From: an uncultured Candidatus Poseidoniales archaeon
Lineage (GTDB): Archaea > Thermoplasmatota > Poseidoniia > Poseidoniales > CAYMED01
Reading direction: 5' to 3'
Assembly: GCA_964389655.1 (NCBI GenBank)
Contig: CAYMED010000008.1
Location: 1 to 64,000 of the forward strand
DNA: 64,000 nucleotides
Shown piece after piece: positions 1 through 10,300 of this stretch; position 1 is the stretch's first letter, and each line of letters starts with the position of its first letter. Under the pieces are notes generated by a model. That model did no database searches. It worked only from the letters and a program-made list of their open reading frames with translations, and was not told where the DNA came from. The position numbers and the translations under genes are program-made.

Positions 1-2
1 CA

Positions 3-674
3 AATCAAACGCCTACTGTTTGGGGCCTAATTATGCTTCCAATTTTGCTCATAGCATTGATGTATGGCTTGTCCTTGATCAAAGGGCAAACTTCGATTCG
101 TGTTGAGTTGGACTCTAATGCAGCACCCCTCCATGTCCAAAACTTCAAGGCACACGTTGAAGCTGGAAACTACGATAATGTTGTATTTCACCGCATCATC
201 GATGAATTTATGATTCAAACTGGTGATTATGAACGGGGTGATGGCACGGGTGGTGCTGCTGCAGAGTGGTTTGGTTATTGCAATGGTGTCCAAAGTGCAG
301 ATTCATCTGCTTGCACATCTGCCGAATGGACCGTTCCAGATGAGGCCACCAATGGACTCATCCATGAACCGGGTGCGTTGAGCATGGCGAAAACATCAGC
401 ACCTCATACGGGTGGGAGTCAATTTTTCATTGTCGACCGTGGATCAAACCCTTCTCACCTTGATGGTGTACACACAGTTTTTGGGAGAGTTGTTGGAGGT
501 ACAATAGATGGAGCGGAGTTGTCCGATGTTGAGGGGGCAATGGACCTCGTCGATCAAATTAGCCAAGCCCCCGTGGATGGCGATAGTCCAGCCGGAGACC
601 CGCCTAGGATTACCAAAGCAACCATTGACCCAGACAATCCAAATATCGTCATTCTTGTTCTTGACATTCCATGA
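3..674 (+). CDS. Membrane-anchored cyclophilin-type peptidyl-prolyl cis-trans isomerase (probably 5'-truncated; first ATG at 33)
   Basis: Cyclophilin motifs FHRIIDEFMIQTGD, GALSMA, GSQFFI and HLDGVHTVFG. Hydrophobic N-terminal segment. The frame is open upstream of ATG33 to the window edge. Confidence 0.93.
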   Translation, partial: NQTPTVWGLIMLPILLIALMYGLSLIKGQTSIRVELDSNAAPLHVQNFKAHVEAGNYDNVVFHRIIDEFMIQTGDYERGDGTGGAAAEWFGYCNGVQSADSSACTSAEWTVPDEATNGLIHEPGALSMAKTSAPHTGGSQFFIVDRGSNPSHLDGVHTVFGRVVGGTIDGAELSDVEGAMDLVDQISQAPVDGDSPAGDPPRITKATIDPDNPNIVILVLDIP

Positions 675-736
675 AGCGCATGTACTTGATTAGTAGGTTC
701 AAAGATGGTATTTGATCATCAATTTTCAGGGGGATA

Positions 737-3454
737 TTGGGCATGGTTCGTAATACTTCTACCTCCAATCTTCCGGAAGAATGTCTTGATTCGTTTGAGA
801 CATTTGATGGGGATTCAGCTTATTTCTCATCGCTGATCAAGTATGGTGAATCGCGTGATATTGAGGTTGGTGCGCTACCTTATTCGATTCGCATATTGCT
901 TGAAGCAGCCATTCGGAATTGTGATGGCTTTTTGGTAACTGAAGATGATGTTGACCAAATTGCTAGTTGGAGTGCTACAATGACTCCTGTTGAGATTCCA
1001 TTTATGCCTAGTCGCGTGATATTGCAGGATTTCACTGGTGTTCCCGCAGTTGTTGATGTTGCCGCCCTTCGAGATGCAATGGTTGCCCTAGGGGGCGATC
1101 CAGAGTTAGTAAACCCACAAGTTCCAGTTGACCTCGTCATTGACCATAGCGTCCAAGTTGATGTTTCAGGCCGCTTTGAGGACGCCCAAGAACGCAATTT
1201 GGAGATTGAATATGAGCGCAACATGGAGCGCTATCGTTTCTTGAAATGGGGTCAGAAAAGTCTTGACCGCTTCCGGGTGGTTCCTCCAGGTCGGGGCATC
1301 GTACACCAAATAAATCTTGAATGGATTGCCTCAGTGGCCCGGGCCGAGAATGGCGTTTGGTTGCCCGATTCACTTGTGGGGACAGATTCGCATACCACTA
1401 TGATCAATGGGCTTGGTGTCCTTGGATGGGGGGTTGGGGGGATTGAAGCAGAGGCCGTGATGCTAGGGCAACCAATATACATGCTCCTCCCAGAAGTTGT
1501 TGGGTTTGAGTTAACTGGTAAATTACAGCCGGGAGTGACGGCTACAGATCTTACATTGCGCATTGTTGAGGTGCTCAGAGAGCATGGCGTGGTTGGGCGT
1601 TTTGTCGAATTTTTTGGATCAGGATTCTCTCATTTATCCCTCCCAGATCGAGCCACGATTGCGAATATGGCTCCCGAATATGGTGCGACCTGTGGATTTT
1701 TTCCAGTGGATCAAACTACTTTGGATTATTTGCGGCTTTCAGGTAGGGATGAATCTCAAGTAATCAATATTGAACGATATTTGAGAGCACAACGTCTCTT
1801 TTTGGATGATTCCAATCCCCTTCCATCGTATACATCCATGATCAATCTTGATTTGGCATCAATAACTCCGTCCCTTTCGGGTCCAAAAAGACCTCAAGAT
1901 CGCGTATCTTTATCCGCAATGAAGAATCATTGGAATGCAAGCCTTCACAACCCACTTGGTCACCATGGGCATGGTATAGCCAAAGAAAGGAAGATGGATT
2001 CAGTAATCCTTGATGGTATGGGTGCTCATTTACAGCATGGTGATGTTGTCATTGCAGCCATTACGAGTTGCACAAACACCTCAAACCCGGGCGTCATGTT
2101 GGCTGCAGGGTTGGTGGCAAGAAATGCCCTTCAACATGGTCTTTCAGTACGGCCTTGGGTCAAAACAAGTCTCGCCCCCGGAAGTCGTGTGGTGACGGAA
2201 TATCTGAATGCAGCGAACCTGCAACCTGATTTGGACAGACTAGGATTCCATAATGTGGGGTATGGATGTACCACGTGTATTGGTAATTCTGGACCTCTTG
2301 ACCCATTAATCGAGGAAGCCATTGATGAAGGGGAGTTGGTTGTCGGGAGTGTCATTTCGGGAAACCGCAATTTTGAGGGCCGCGTGCATCAAAAAGTCAA
2401 GGCAAATTATCTTGCTAGTCCTCCACTTGTCGTTGCTTACGCTATTGCAGGGACTTTGGATATTGATTTTGATTCAGACCCAATTGGCTCAAATTCGGAA
2501 GGCGATGATGTTTTCTTGTCAGATATCTGGCCTTCAGATTCAGAACTACTCCAAACTTTGCGGACAGCAATCTCCCCTGAGATGTTCCGAGAGCGATATG
2601 CAGATGCTACTGAAGAGCCGCGTTGGGATGCGATACCTTGCGAGCCTTCTGCTCTTTATCCTTGGGATGATCACTCAACTTACATTCGGCTGCCCTCTTT
2701 CTTTGAAGGCATCACAGCAAAACCAGCACCTATAGAACCAATCGTTCAAGCAAGGGTCCTTTTGTCATTAGGAGATTCTGTCACAACAGATCATATCTCC
2801 CCGGCAGGCGCATTTCCTCCTTCAGGCCCGGCGGGGTCGTATCTACGCGCACTCGGTGTGGAACCGCGCAATTTCAACTCTTTTGGGAGCCGTCGTGGCA
2901 ATCATGAGGTGATGGTGAGGGGCACATTTGCGAATGTCCGAATCCGCAACCAAATTGCGCCCAGCACTGAAGGCGGCTATACGCTTCATTTCCCTAGTGG
3001 TGAAGTCACTTCAATTTATGAGGCGAGCACACGTTATCAGAAAGAGGGAGTTCCCCTAATTGTTCTTGCAGGGGAACAATATGGTGCGGGCAGTAGTCGT
3101 GACTGGGCTGCCAAAGGCACTTTATTGCTGGGCATACGTGCAGTCATTGCAACCTCATATGAGCGGATCCACCGCTCAAACCTAGTTGGAATGGGGGTTC
3201 TTCCCCTCACCTTTTTGGAAGGTCAAAATGCCAATTCAATAGGCCTTGATGGAACTGAGTCGTTCGATATCCCCGCATCTATGGACCTCGTTCCATTCTC
3301 CCACATCCCGATTCTTGCAGTCCATCCCGATGGCCGAAAGACCGAGTTTGAAGTGATTGTGCGCTTGGATACTCAAGTCGAAGTAGAATATTATCGAAAT
3401 GGTGGGATTCTGCCCGCAGTTTTGCGCAATATTGCTGGTGTTGTGCCAACCTAA
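737..3454 (+). CDS. acnA: Aconitate hydratase A
   Basis: QDFTGVP, DHSVQVD, GTDSHTT, Fe-S ligands AITSCTNTSNP and GYGCTTCIGNSG, SGNRNFEGR, GSSRDWAAKG; 905 aa. Confidence 0.98.
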   Translation: MGMVRNTSTSNLPEECLDSFETFDGDSAYFSSLIKYGESRDIEVGALPYSIRILLEAAIRNCDGFLVTEDDVDQIASWSATMTPVEIPFMPSRVILQDFTGVPAVVDVAALRDAMVALGGDPELVNPQVPVDLVIDHSVQVDVSGRFEDAQERNLEIEYERNMERYRFLKWGQKSLDRFRVVPPGRGIVHQINLEWIASVARAENGVWLPDSLVGTDSHTTMINGLGVLGWGVGGIEAEAVMLGQPIYMLLPEVVGFELTGKLQPGVTATDLTLRIVEVLREHGVVGRFVEFFGSGFSHLSLPDRATIANMAPEYGATCGFFPVDQTTLDYLRLSGRDESQVINIERYLRAQRLFLDDSNPLPSYTSMINLDLASITPSLSGPKRPQDRVSLSAMKNHWNASLHNPLGHHGHGIAKERKMDSVILDGMGAHLQHGDVVIAAITSCTNTSNPGVMLAAGLVARNALQHGLSVRPWVKTSLAPGSRVVTEYLNAANLQPDLDRLGFHNVGYGCTTCIGNSGPLDPLIEEAIDEGELVVGSVISGNRNFEGRVHQKVKANYLASPPLVVAYAIAGTLDIDFDSDPIGSNSEGDDVFLSDIWPSDSELLQTLRTAISPEMFRERYADATEEPRWDAIPCEPSALYPWDDHSTYIRLPSFFEGITAKPAPIEPIVQARVLLSLGDSVTTDHISPAGAFPPSGPAGSYLRALGVEPRNFNSFGSRRGNHEVMVRGTFANVRIRNQIAPSTEGGYTLHFPSGEVTSIYEASTRYQKEGVPLIVLAGEQYGAGSSRDWAAKGTLLLGIRAVIATSYERIHRSNLVGMGVLPLTFLEGQNANSIGLDGTESFDIPASMDLVPFSHIPILAVHPDGRKTEFEVIVRLDTQVEVEYYRNGGILPAVLRNIAGVVPT

Positions 3455-3487
3455 ACTTCATGCGTAATTGATTATGGGGTTATAATT

Positions 3488-4243
3488 GTGGAAACATATC
3501 ACCAATATCGCTTCTCACATGGCGCGGTTGATGTATTATTAGAAGGGCCTCTAGATTGGATCAAAGAACTTCAATCAGAACTTGGTCTTGTGGATGTGGG
3601 GTGGAGCCGGCCAGTTCCTGGAAACCGAAGCGCGAGCAGTGATGGTCGTGAATCTAAATCCAAATTAACAAATAAGGGTCTTCCGGGTCCTCCTCCTGAT
3701 CCTGCTAGCATTCCAACAGTGATTCGCGTAATTGGGTCTCTTCCTTCAGAGCCGGATCGGGGTGTGCGGGAGGAAGCACCGCCCTCGGCTGAGCTCAAAT
3801 CAGCCCTTTCAAGTCTTGATAGGCCGCCAGTAGTGACTGATCCGACCTCCTCAGATCCCCTTGCAGAAGGGTGGCTCCGTGCCTTGTTTCAAGCTAGCAT
3901 TGCAGCTGGATGGTCGAAAGGCCTTTCACTCGAATTAATCGGAAATGCTGCCGAAGATTGGCTAGAACGATCAGGTGGTGGGTTGGAACTCTGGCTTGAA
4001 GAATTGCATCATCAGGGCCGCATCGCTCGAATCCACAGAGGTACAAAAGTTCTTTTTTCCCCGACACCAAGGTGGTTAAGAGCAGACGCGGCAGCTAAAG
4101 AAGCAGAAGAAGCAGAAGCATCAGAATTGGAAATAGCCCGAGCCGCAGCCCTTGAAGGGTTAACTCTCATTGAATCCGAAGACTCCACTTCAAAAAAAGA
4201 ATCTGATGAGTTTGAAAGCTCAACTCCTGCATCAGAGTTCTAA
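3488..4243 (+). CDS. Hypothetical protein: Pro-rich linker, possible C-terminal winged helix, acidic tail
   Basis: 251-aa ORF filling the gap between genes. LELWLEELHHQGRIARIHRGTKVLFSP resembles a wHTH recognition helix plus wing. Confidence 0.6.
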   Translation: METYHQYRFSHGAVDVLLEGPLDWIKELQSELGLVDVGWSRPVPGNRSASSDGRESKSKLTNKGLPGPPPDPASIPTVIRVIGSLPSEPDRGVREEAPPSAELKSALSSLDRPPVVTDPTSSDPLAEGWLRALFQASIAAGWSKGLSLELIGNAAEDWLERSGGGLELWLEELHHQGRIARIHRGTKVLFSPTPRWLRADAAAKEAEEAEASELEIARAAALEGLTLIESEDSTSKKESDEFESSTPASEF

Positions 4244-4310
4244 ATGGTGGTTTTCTCCCTCACTTTGGATAATCGTCAACCCCAAAGTGATATGAAGAAC
4301 CCGGGAGCAG

Positions 4311-7300
4311 GTGATCTTGATCATCATGACTTACAGTACTCTCGGACTAGGCCGAACTCGGAAGAGTCTCATGTTAGTTTTCCTTCTCCTAATTGCAGCA
4401 CCCCTTGCAATGGTCGACGTTGGATCCGCCTCAGGTGTTCGCAATCAGCGAACAACTGTTGATCCAGATGATGTGGCATTAGCCGATTTTGATGGTGATG
4501 GTGATCTCGACATGGTCACCTCGTCAGCCGTAGGCCACCGCATTTCGGTCACATACAATCTTGGGAATGGAGAATTTGGCGATCGCAGTGACATCTGGAT
4601 CAGCAGAAATGGAAGTGATCGAGCAGGGACACTTGACCTTGCAATGGTCGAGCAAGTTGAAGTCGGTGACTTCAATGGAGATAATTGTCCTGATATTGTG
4701 CTCTGGCAACAGGGTTTTGTGGCTCAAATCACAGCCAAAGGAAATTTGACTTTTGTACTCAATGATGGTTGTACTGGTTCCCCTCATGCGGGTTTCACAG
4801 TGGATACATCAAAAGATATCTCTCTTGCAGCATTTGTTGTAGACCTTGTAGTTACTGATATTGATGATCCATCGACTGAATGTACCAATTTGGCGCAAGG
4901 AAATCCCGGGTGTAATGACATCCTTCTCTATGGTCTCGATTATATGCAGACAAGCACATTTGTGCATTTGTATCGGGGAGGTACTGCTACTCAAGCAGGC
5001 ACTCCTGATGTGAATTTGACGCTACCAGCATCGGAATCATGGGACTTCAGCCTCGGTGTCGGAGATTTTGGAGAACAAAAGGCAGCGATTGGAGATTGCG
5101 ATGACCGCGATTTGTGGCTTGTCAGTGGGCCACCAACGGGGGGCGTTGGATGGACGGACAATGTGTCTGTAATAACTTACAATTGCATCACACAGCAGTT
5201 TGACTCGATGCCTGCGCCGGGCTCTGCACAACGATTCAGCGTTGGGGTGCCCTATGGCGGATTTGGGATTGGAGATGAAGATGGTGACAACATCATTGAT
5301 GTCGTCGCCATGAATAATGGGTGGAATAGAAATGCCACTGTGATCAAGCGAGCAGCAACCGGGAATCCTTTTTCACAAGCAAATGCACAAGTCGTCCCGA
5401 TTGGAAATCATGCTGGTGACAGAATTTTCCTCGACCACATTAATGGTGATTCGAAAATAGATGTAATTGTTCCTTCTGTAATTCCAGTGGAAACATACAC
5501 CGATAGTCTTGGTGGTTCGTTTGATTCGCGAACAGTTGACGGTCTTGGCGAACCCTCGGTCGTTCAAGTAATGATCAGTGACGGGTCGGGTGGATTCCTT
5601 TCCCCCCTCTCATTCCCCACAACTGGCCGAAGGCCGAATATAGTCCAAATAGCTGACTTATTTGGTGACACCACACCCGAACTTGTTGTTGGGCACAGGG
5701 ACTATCGGTTCATGGTAGGGGGATATGGATTTTTCAATCTCGATAGTGATGGTGATGGTGTTGCAGATACAAATTTCGGTTATTGGGAAGACTCATGGAC
5801 TGAAGCCGGTCAAATCGATGGGATTGGTATCATAAATATCGATGCTGAAGATTTGGCAATTACCAGCCTTTCAGTATCCCCTGCAGGATATGGAACTATT
5901 GGGGCAGGAACAAGGAATGTATCTGTTGATATTACAAATACTGGCTTAGATCAACTGGGTGGCACAATTGATGTTACTACCACGGTCAAGGAAGTTACTG
6001 GGGGGACAAATACAACGGTTTACCAGAATGATTTCGACTCGGCTGCAGTGAACCCCCTTAACGCAAACCTTGCATTTGAGCAATATTTGGGTGGGACTAA
6101 TTCCTGGCACATCGAAACGAATCATCCAACTGCTTCTCAAATGGAAGTCAATGATACATCTGCAAACCTGACCAACCCGACGAATTTCATGTGGGCGGGA
6201 ACAATGGAGACCAATACCTCTGATGGTGTGAGCCATAGTGGGTATTTACCGAACCGCGATGATGCGATGTTGATCCAATCAATCGACCTTACTGGAGCCG
6301 ATGCAGCTCGATTAGGTGTTCAGGTATACTTCGATGCTTGGTTTTCGGTGATACGTTATGGGGGCGGTGCAACGGGCGTGATCGAACCTAGAACAATCAT
6401 TGAAGATGTGGGCTTGATTGAAGTCCGCCGCCAGAGCGGTGGATGGGAAACACTCCAATTCTATGGGGGCTTCGACTTTAATCGGCAAATGAATGATGCA
6501 TTTGGCCTTGATGAAGGGCAAAATGCAGGAAGTGCTCAACAACTAGGATATAGCAATGGATATCATTGGGGATATCGAAGTTATTATGGATGGTTAAATT
6601 TTACAGATGGATCTGAACTTGATCTGAGCAGATATGCTGGTGAAGTGATCGACCTTCGTTTCCGTTTCCGTTCAAACACGTTTGGCTCAGTGAATGCAGA
6701 TGATGATTGGTATATCGGATTTGATGGGTTCGCAGTTGATAATCTATCGATCACAAAAGAATCACTTGTGTATGGTGGTGGGCCTCAACAAAAAACCAAC
6801 CCAGTAGCTCTTGGAACGTTCAAATCCAGTGATCAAATCACCACGAATATGTCCTTTAATTTTGATGCAGATAAAGAATACAAAATCGATGCAGCAATCT
6901 CAAATTTCGGATCTGTAAATGACGGTGATGACCGAAATGATGAGTCGGGTTTTCGCTTATACACTGAAAATATCTATGATCCAGAAATGCTGGGAATTGA
7001 AATGTTTGGTCCCGACGAATTTGCACAAGGGCGATCATATGCGGATGGTGCTAGGGATGTGTCTGTACGTGTAGCTCATCGAGGAAGTACTGTTGTTGAC
7101 TTTGACGTCGAACTCGAAATTCTATCCGCAACAGCTGCGACTCCGCTTCTTGAGGATGACTTTGAGAAGGACAATATTGGTTATACTGCATCATATCAGC
7201 CAGCAGAATCGAATCAGGGTGCAGTAATTGATGATTCATCATCAACAAAATTATTCAACAGTTATGCGTGGTGGTTCGGTGACCCAATTTCGGGATATGG

Positions 7301-10300
7301 TGCTAATTGGGATAATTATATCAATTTCACAGGCATTGACTTGACATCAACCACTGCTGATTATGCATTCCTTGAATTCGATTATTTCGCAGATCTTCAT
7401 TACCTTGTAATGTCTGATGGGACGCGATACCCATCCGATGCACTTCGCCTCTACCTGCAGTGGGACAATACCTCATCAGGTGGTACACACGGTGGTGTCT
7501 ATGAGGGCCAAGTTTTGGGTTCTTGGGCCAATTACGAAGATGTATATTCCCCCGGAGATCGTTGCACAATTGAGCGAGGAAGTGCCTATGGGGAAGAGGA
7601 ATATTTTGGTGATGTAATCAATTTTGATGAAAATCGCCGGGGCGAATGGCTCTTCTCTACTGATGGACGTGTTGAGAGCGTGAAACTCGATTTGACTCAC
7701 CTTTGGGTTGAGAACCGCAGTGGCCAATTTTCCCGATCAGAATGTATTGATCTTAGCGGAAGCATGGTTGAATTCCAATTCCGTTTTACTTCAGACAGCG
7801 ACTTCAATGGTGGTGATGGATTCAAGGGTGTTGCTCTCGATAATGTTACGGTTGCAGAATACTCGTTTTCCCCTGAAGCAACCCTGAAGCAGACGGTCAC
7901 TGGGCTCGATGCGCAGGAAGAGCGCGTGGTTACGATGGGTAATCACTTGTTTGACACAGGCATTTATCAATTACGTGCCACCAGCATCTATGACAATCAA
8001 ACCATAGGTAAGGATTGGTACGACCAACCAGAATTACGTTGGTCGAATAACAAGACTTCAAGCCAAGTGAACATTGTCTCTACAAAGGCTAAATTTGGCT
8101 CTATGAGAACTTTGGATGGAGTATACCCAATTAGTTCGACACTGGACCATACATTCCGCACATCAGTAAGTGCCGGAACGCTTGGGGCAGAATTTACATT
8201 TGCACTTGAAATTCTGGACTCTGGCGGATCTGTAGTCCAAACAAAGGATTACTCAAATGGTGCAACAGTAGAGTTGGAAGCCGGCGAACGCAAGGCACTT
8301 GAGATTACGCCCGATTATAATTTCCAATCGGATGAAACATATACAATTCGATGGACTGCTACTTATCCAAGTGATGGTTCAGAGGCAGCAGAACCCATTG
8401 AAATGAATGCTACTTTTTCAAATTCAATCGATGTCTTGGTGCTGAATACCGATGCTTCTTTGATTTACAAGATTAAGACTGAACTTGATGCCTTAGGTCT
8501 CGATTATACCATGCTCCGGGGTAATCCTTCGCAACCTGATAAGGATGATTGGGGCGATTACTTCAATCAAGGATGGTTTGAGGCATATGATCGAATTCTC
8601 ATCCAACGCCTGAAAGATGAGGCCGCATACAACCGATTGTTCACACTTGATAATGATGATTCTCGTGGTCCTCCCGGTGTTGTTACTGCACTAGAGGCAT
8701 GGGCTGGACAAATAGGGCATACATTGCAGGTGCATTTGCCAGCAGCGAATCCAACATGGCTGACAGAGTATGACAATGCTGGAAAAGATATCGGGAAGCT
8801 TCCATTTGGCCTTCGCCCAGCAGCAAATAGTGAATTCCCTGCATCTGAAGCGACAATCTTGGATCCTTTCCATCCATTGACGATCAACCTCTCCTCTGCT
8901 GAGATTCAGACACTTGGTTCAGGGAGCGCGATTGAGGCGAGAATCGAGACCAGTTCTGCATTAACAGATGTTCCTAGTGTCTGTACGGCCGAATCTGCGA
9001 CAGCAGGACTCAGTTGGCGTAGCCTTATTGGAGATGACACCGCTGCAGATTTCAATTCCGAGCGCAGTGTTCTTGCCTCTTGCCAAGTTAACAATAAAGG
9101 TACAATTCTGATGACAACTCTCAATGTTGACAGCACCTCTACAGACCTTTTGAGTACAATGCTATCAAGTCAATTTTCCCCATATGAGGCGGCATTTGAT
9201 GAATCCACGGATATTGGTATCCGGCTTGATCCAACTTCTCAAGAACAAGCACCTCTTCTCGCTGACCAAGCGAGTTACGCAATTCATTGGATGAAGAATG
9301 ATGTAACTGTATCGTTTGACTATTTGTCCATTCTTGATGCCTCACGTCTCACTGCTTATTGGGCATTAACGGGCCCTTCAAAGTGGTCTGGCGCTACGAG
9401 TAATTCAGCGGATAGTGCTGATGTTAAACAAGCTGATCAATCATCTGCGCGCTTCTGTGTTGAAGACACCTCAAAGGCCTTGAGCGACCCTGACTTTTGC
9501 CGTCGCCCAAGTGCTTCAAGTTATACTGAATTTACAGTTGGTACAGAAACAAGATATGGAGTGACTGATGAGAATAATTTCCTTTCCCTTGGTTGGAAAG
9601 TTGACCTGTATCTGTACGATGACCTTGGGCACAGCCTAAAGCGCACGCTTCATTTGGGAACGAACCCAGATTTGGCAGACTCTGAATTCCCAATGGCGAA
9701 TTTCACGATCAAAGACCCCACGTTGCTGAACAGTGCAGACAACCCTGACGGCTGGATATGGGACATGGGAACTCTTGATGGAGTACCTTATTACGTCATA
9801 CAACTCGATTCTGATGGACTTCGCTCATTGACGTTCGATGCAGGCATCTCTAATGATCCGGATTATGACACAAACCCCTCATCAAATGGAATCGCTGCCT
9901 ATGAATGGACCATAAGGCAGGATCTTGATTGTGATTCAACTGATGATGCTGATGACTTTACTAAAACCTCTACGGATTCTGATTTCGCTCGCACATTCCG
10001 CTCAATTACTGTTGGTAAACAGCGCTCCGATCGCTCCATCGATCCACTATGCGATGTCAGTTTAGATCCATTAGGTGAGGATAAATGGGATATTGGTGTT
10101 ATTTATGTCGATCTTCGAGTACAAGATCTCTCAGGAAAGTGGTCTAATCAAAGCACTTCTGGATCTGGGAAACACACGATTAAGATTGCTACAGTTCCTC
10201 ATTACTATGATGTGTCCACCAACTCGAGTTCATTAGCTCAACTTGACTGGGATGCAGCAACAGAGGCACTTGACGATGCCCCTCTGTCGAAAGCAGATTA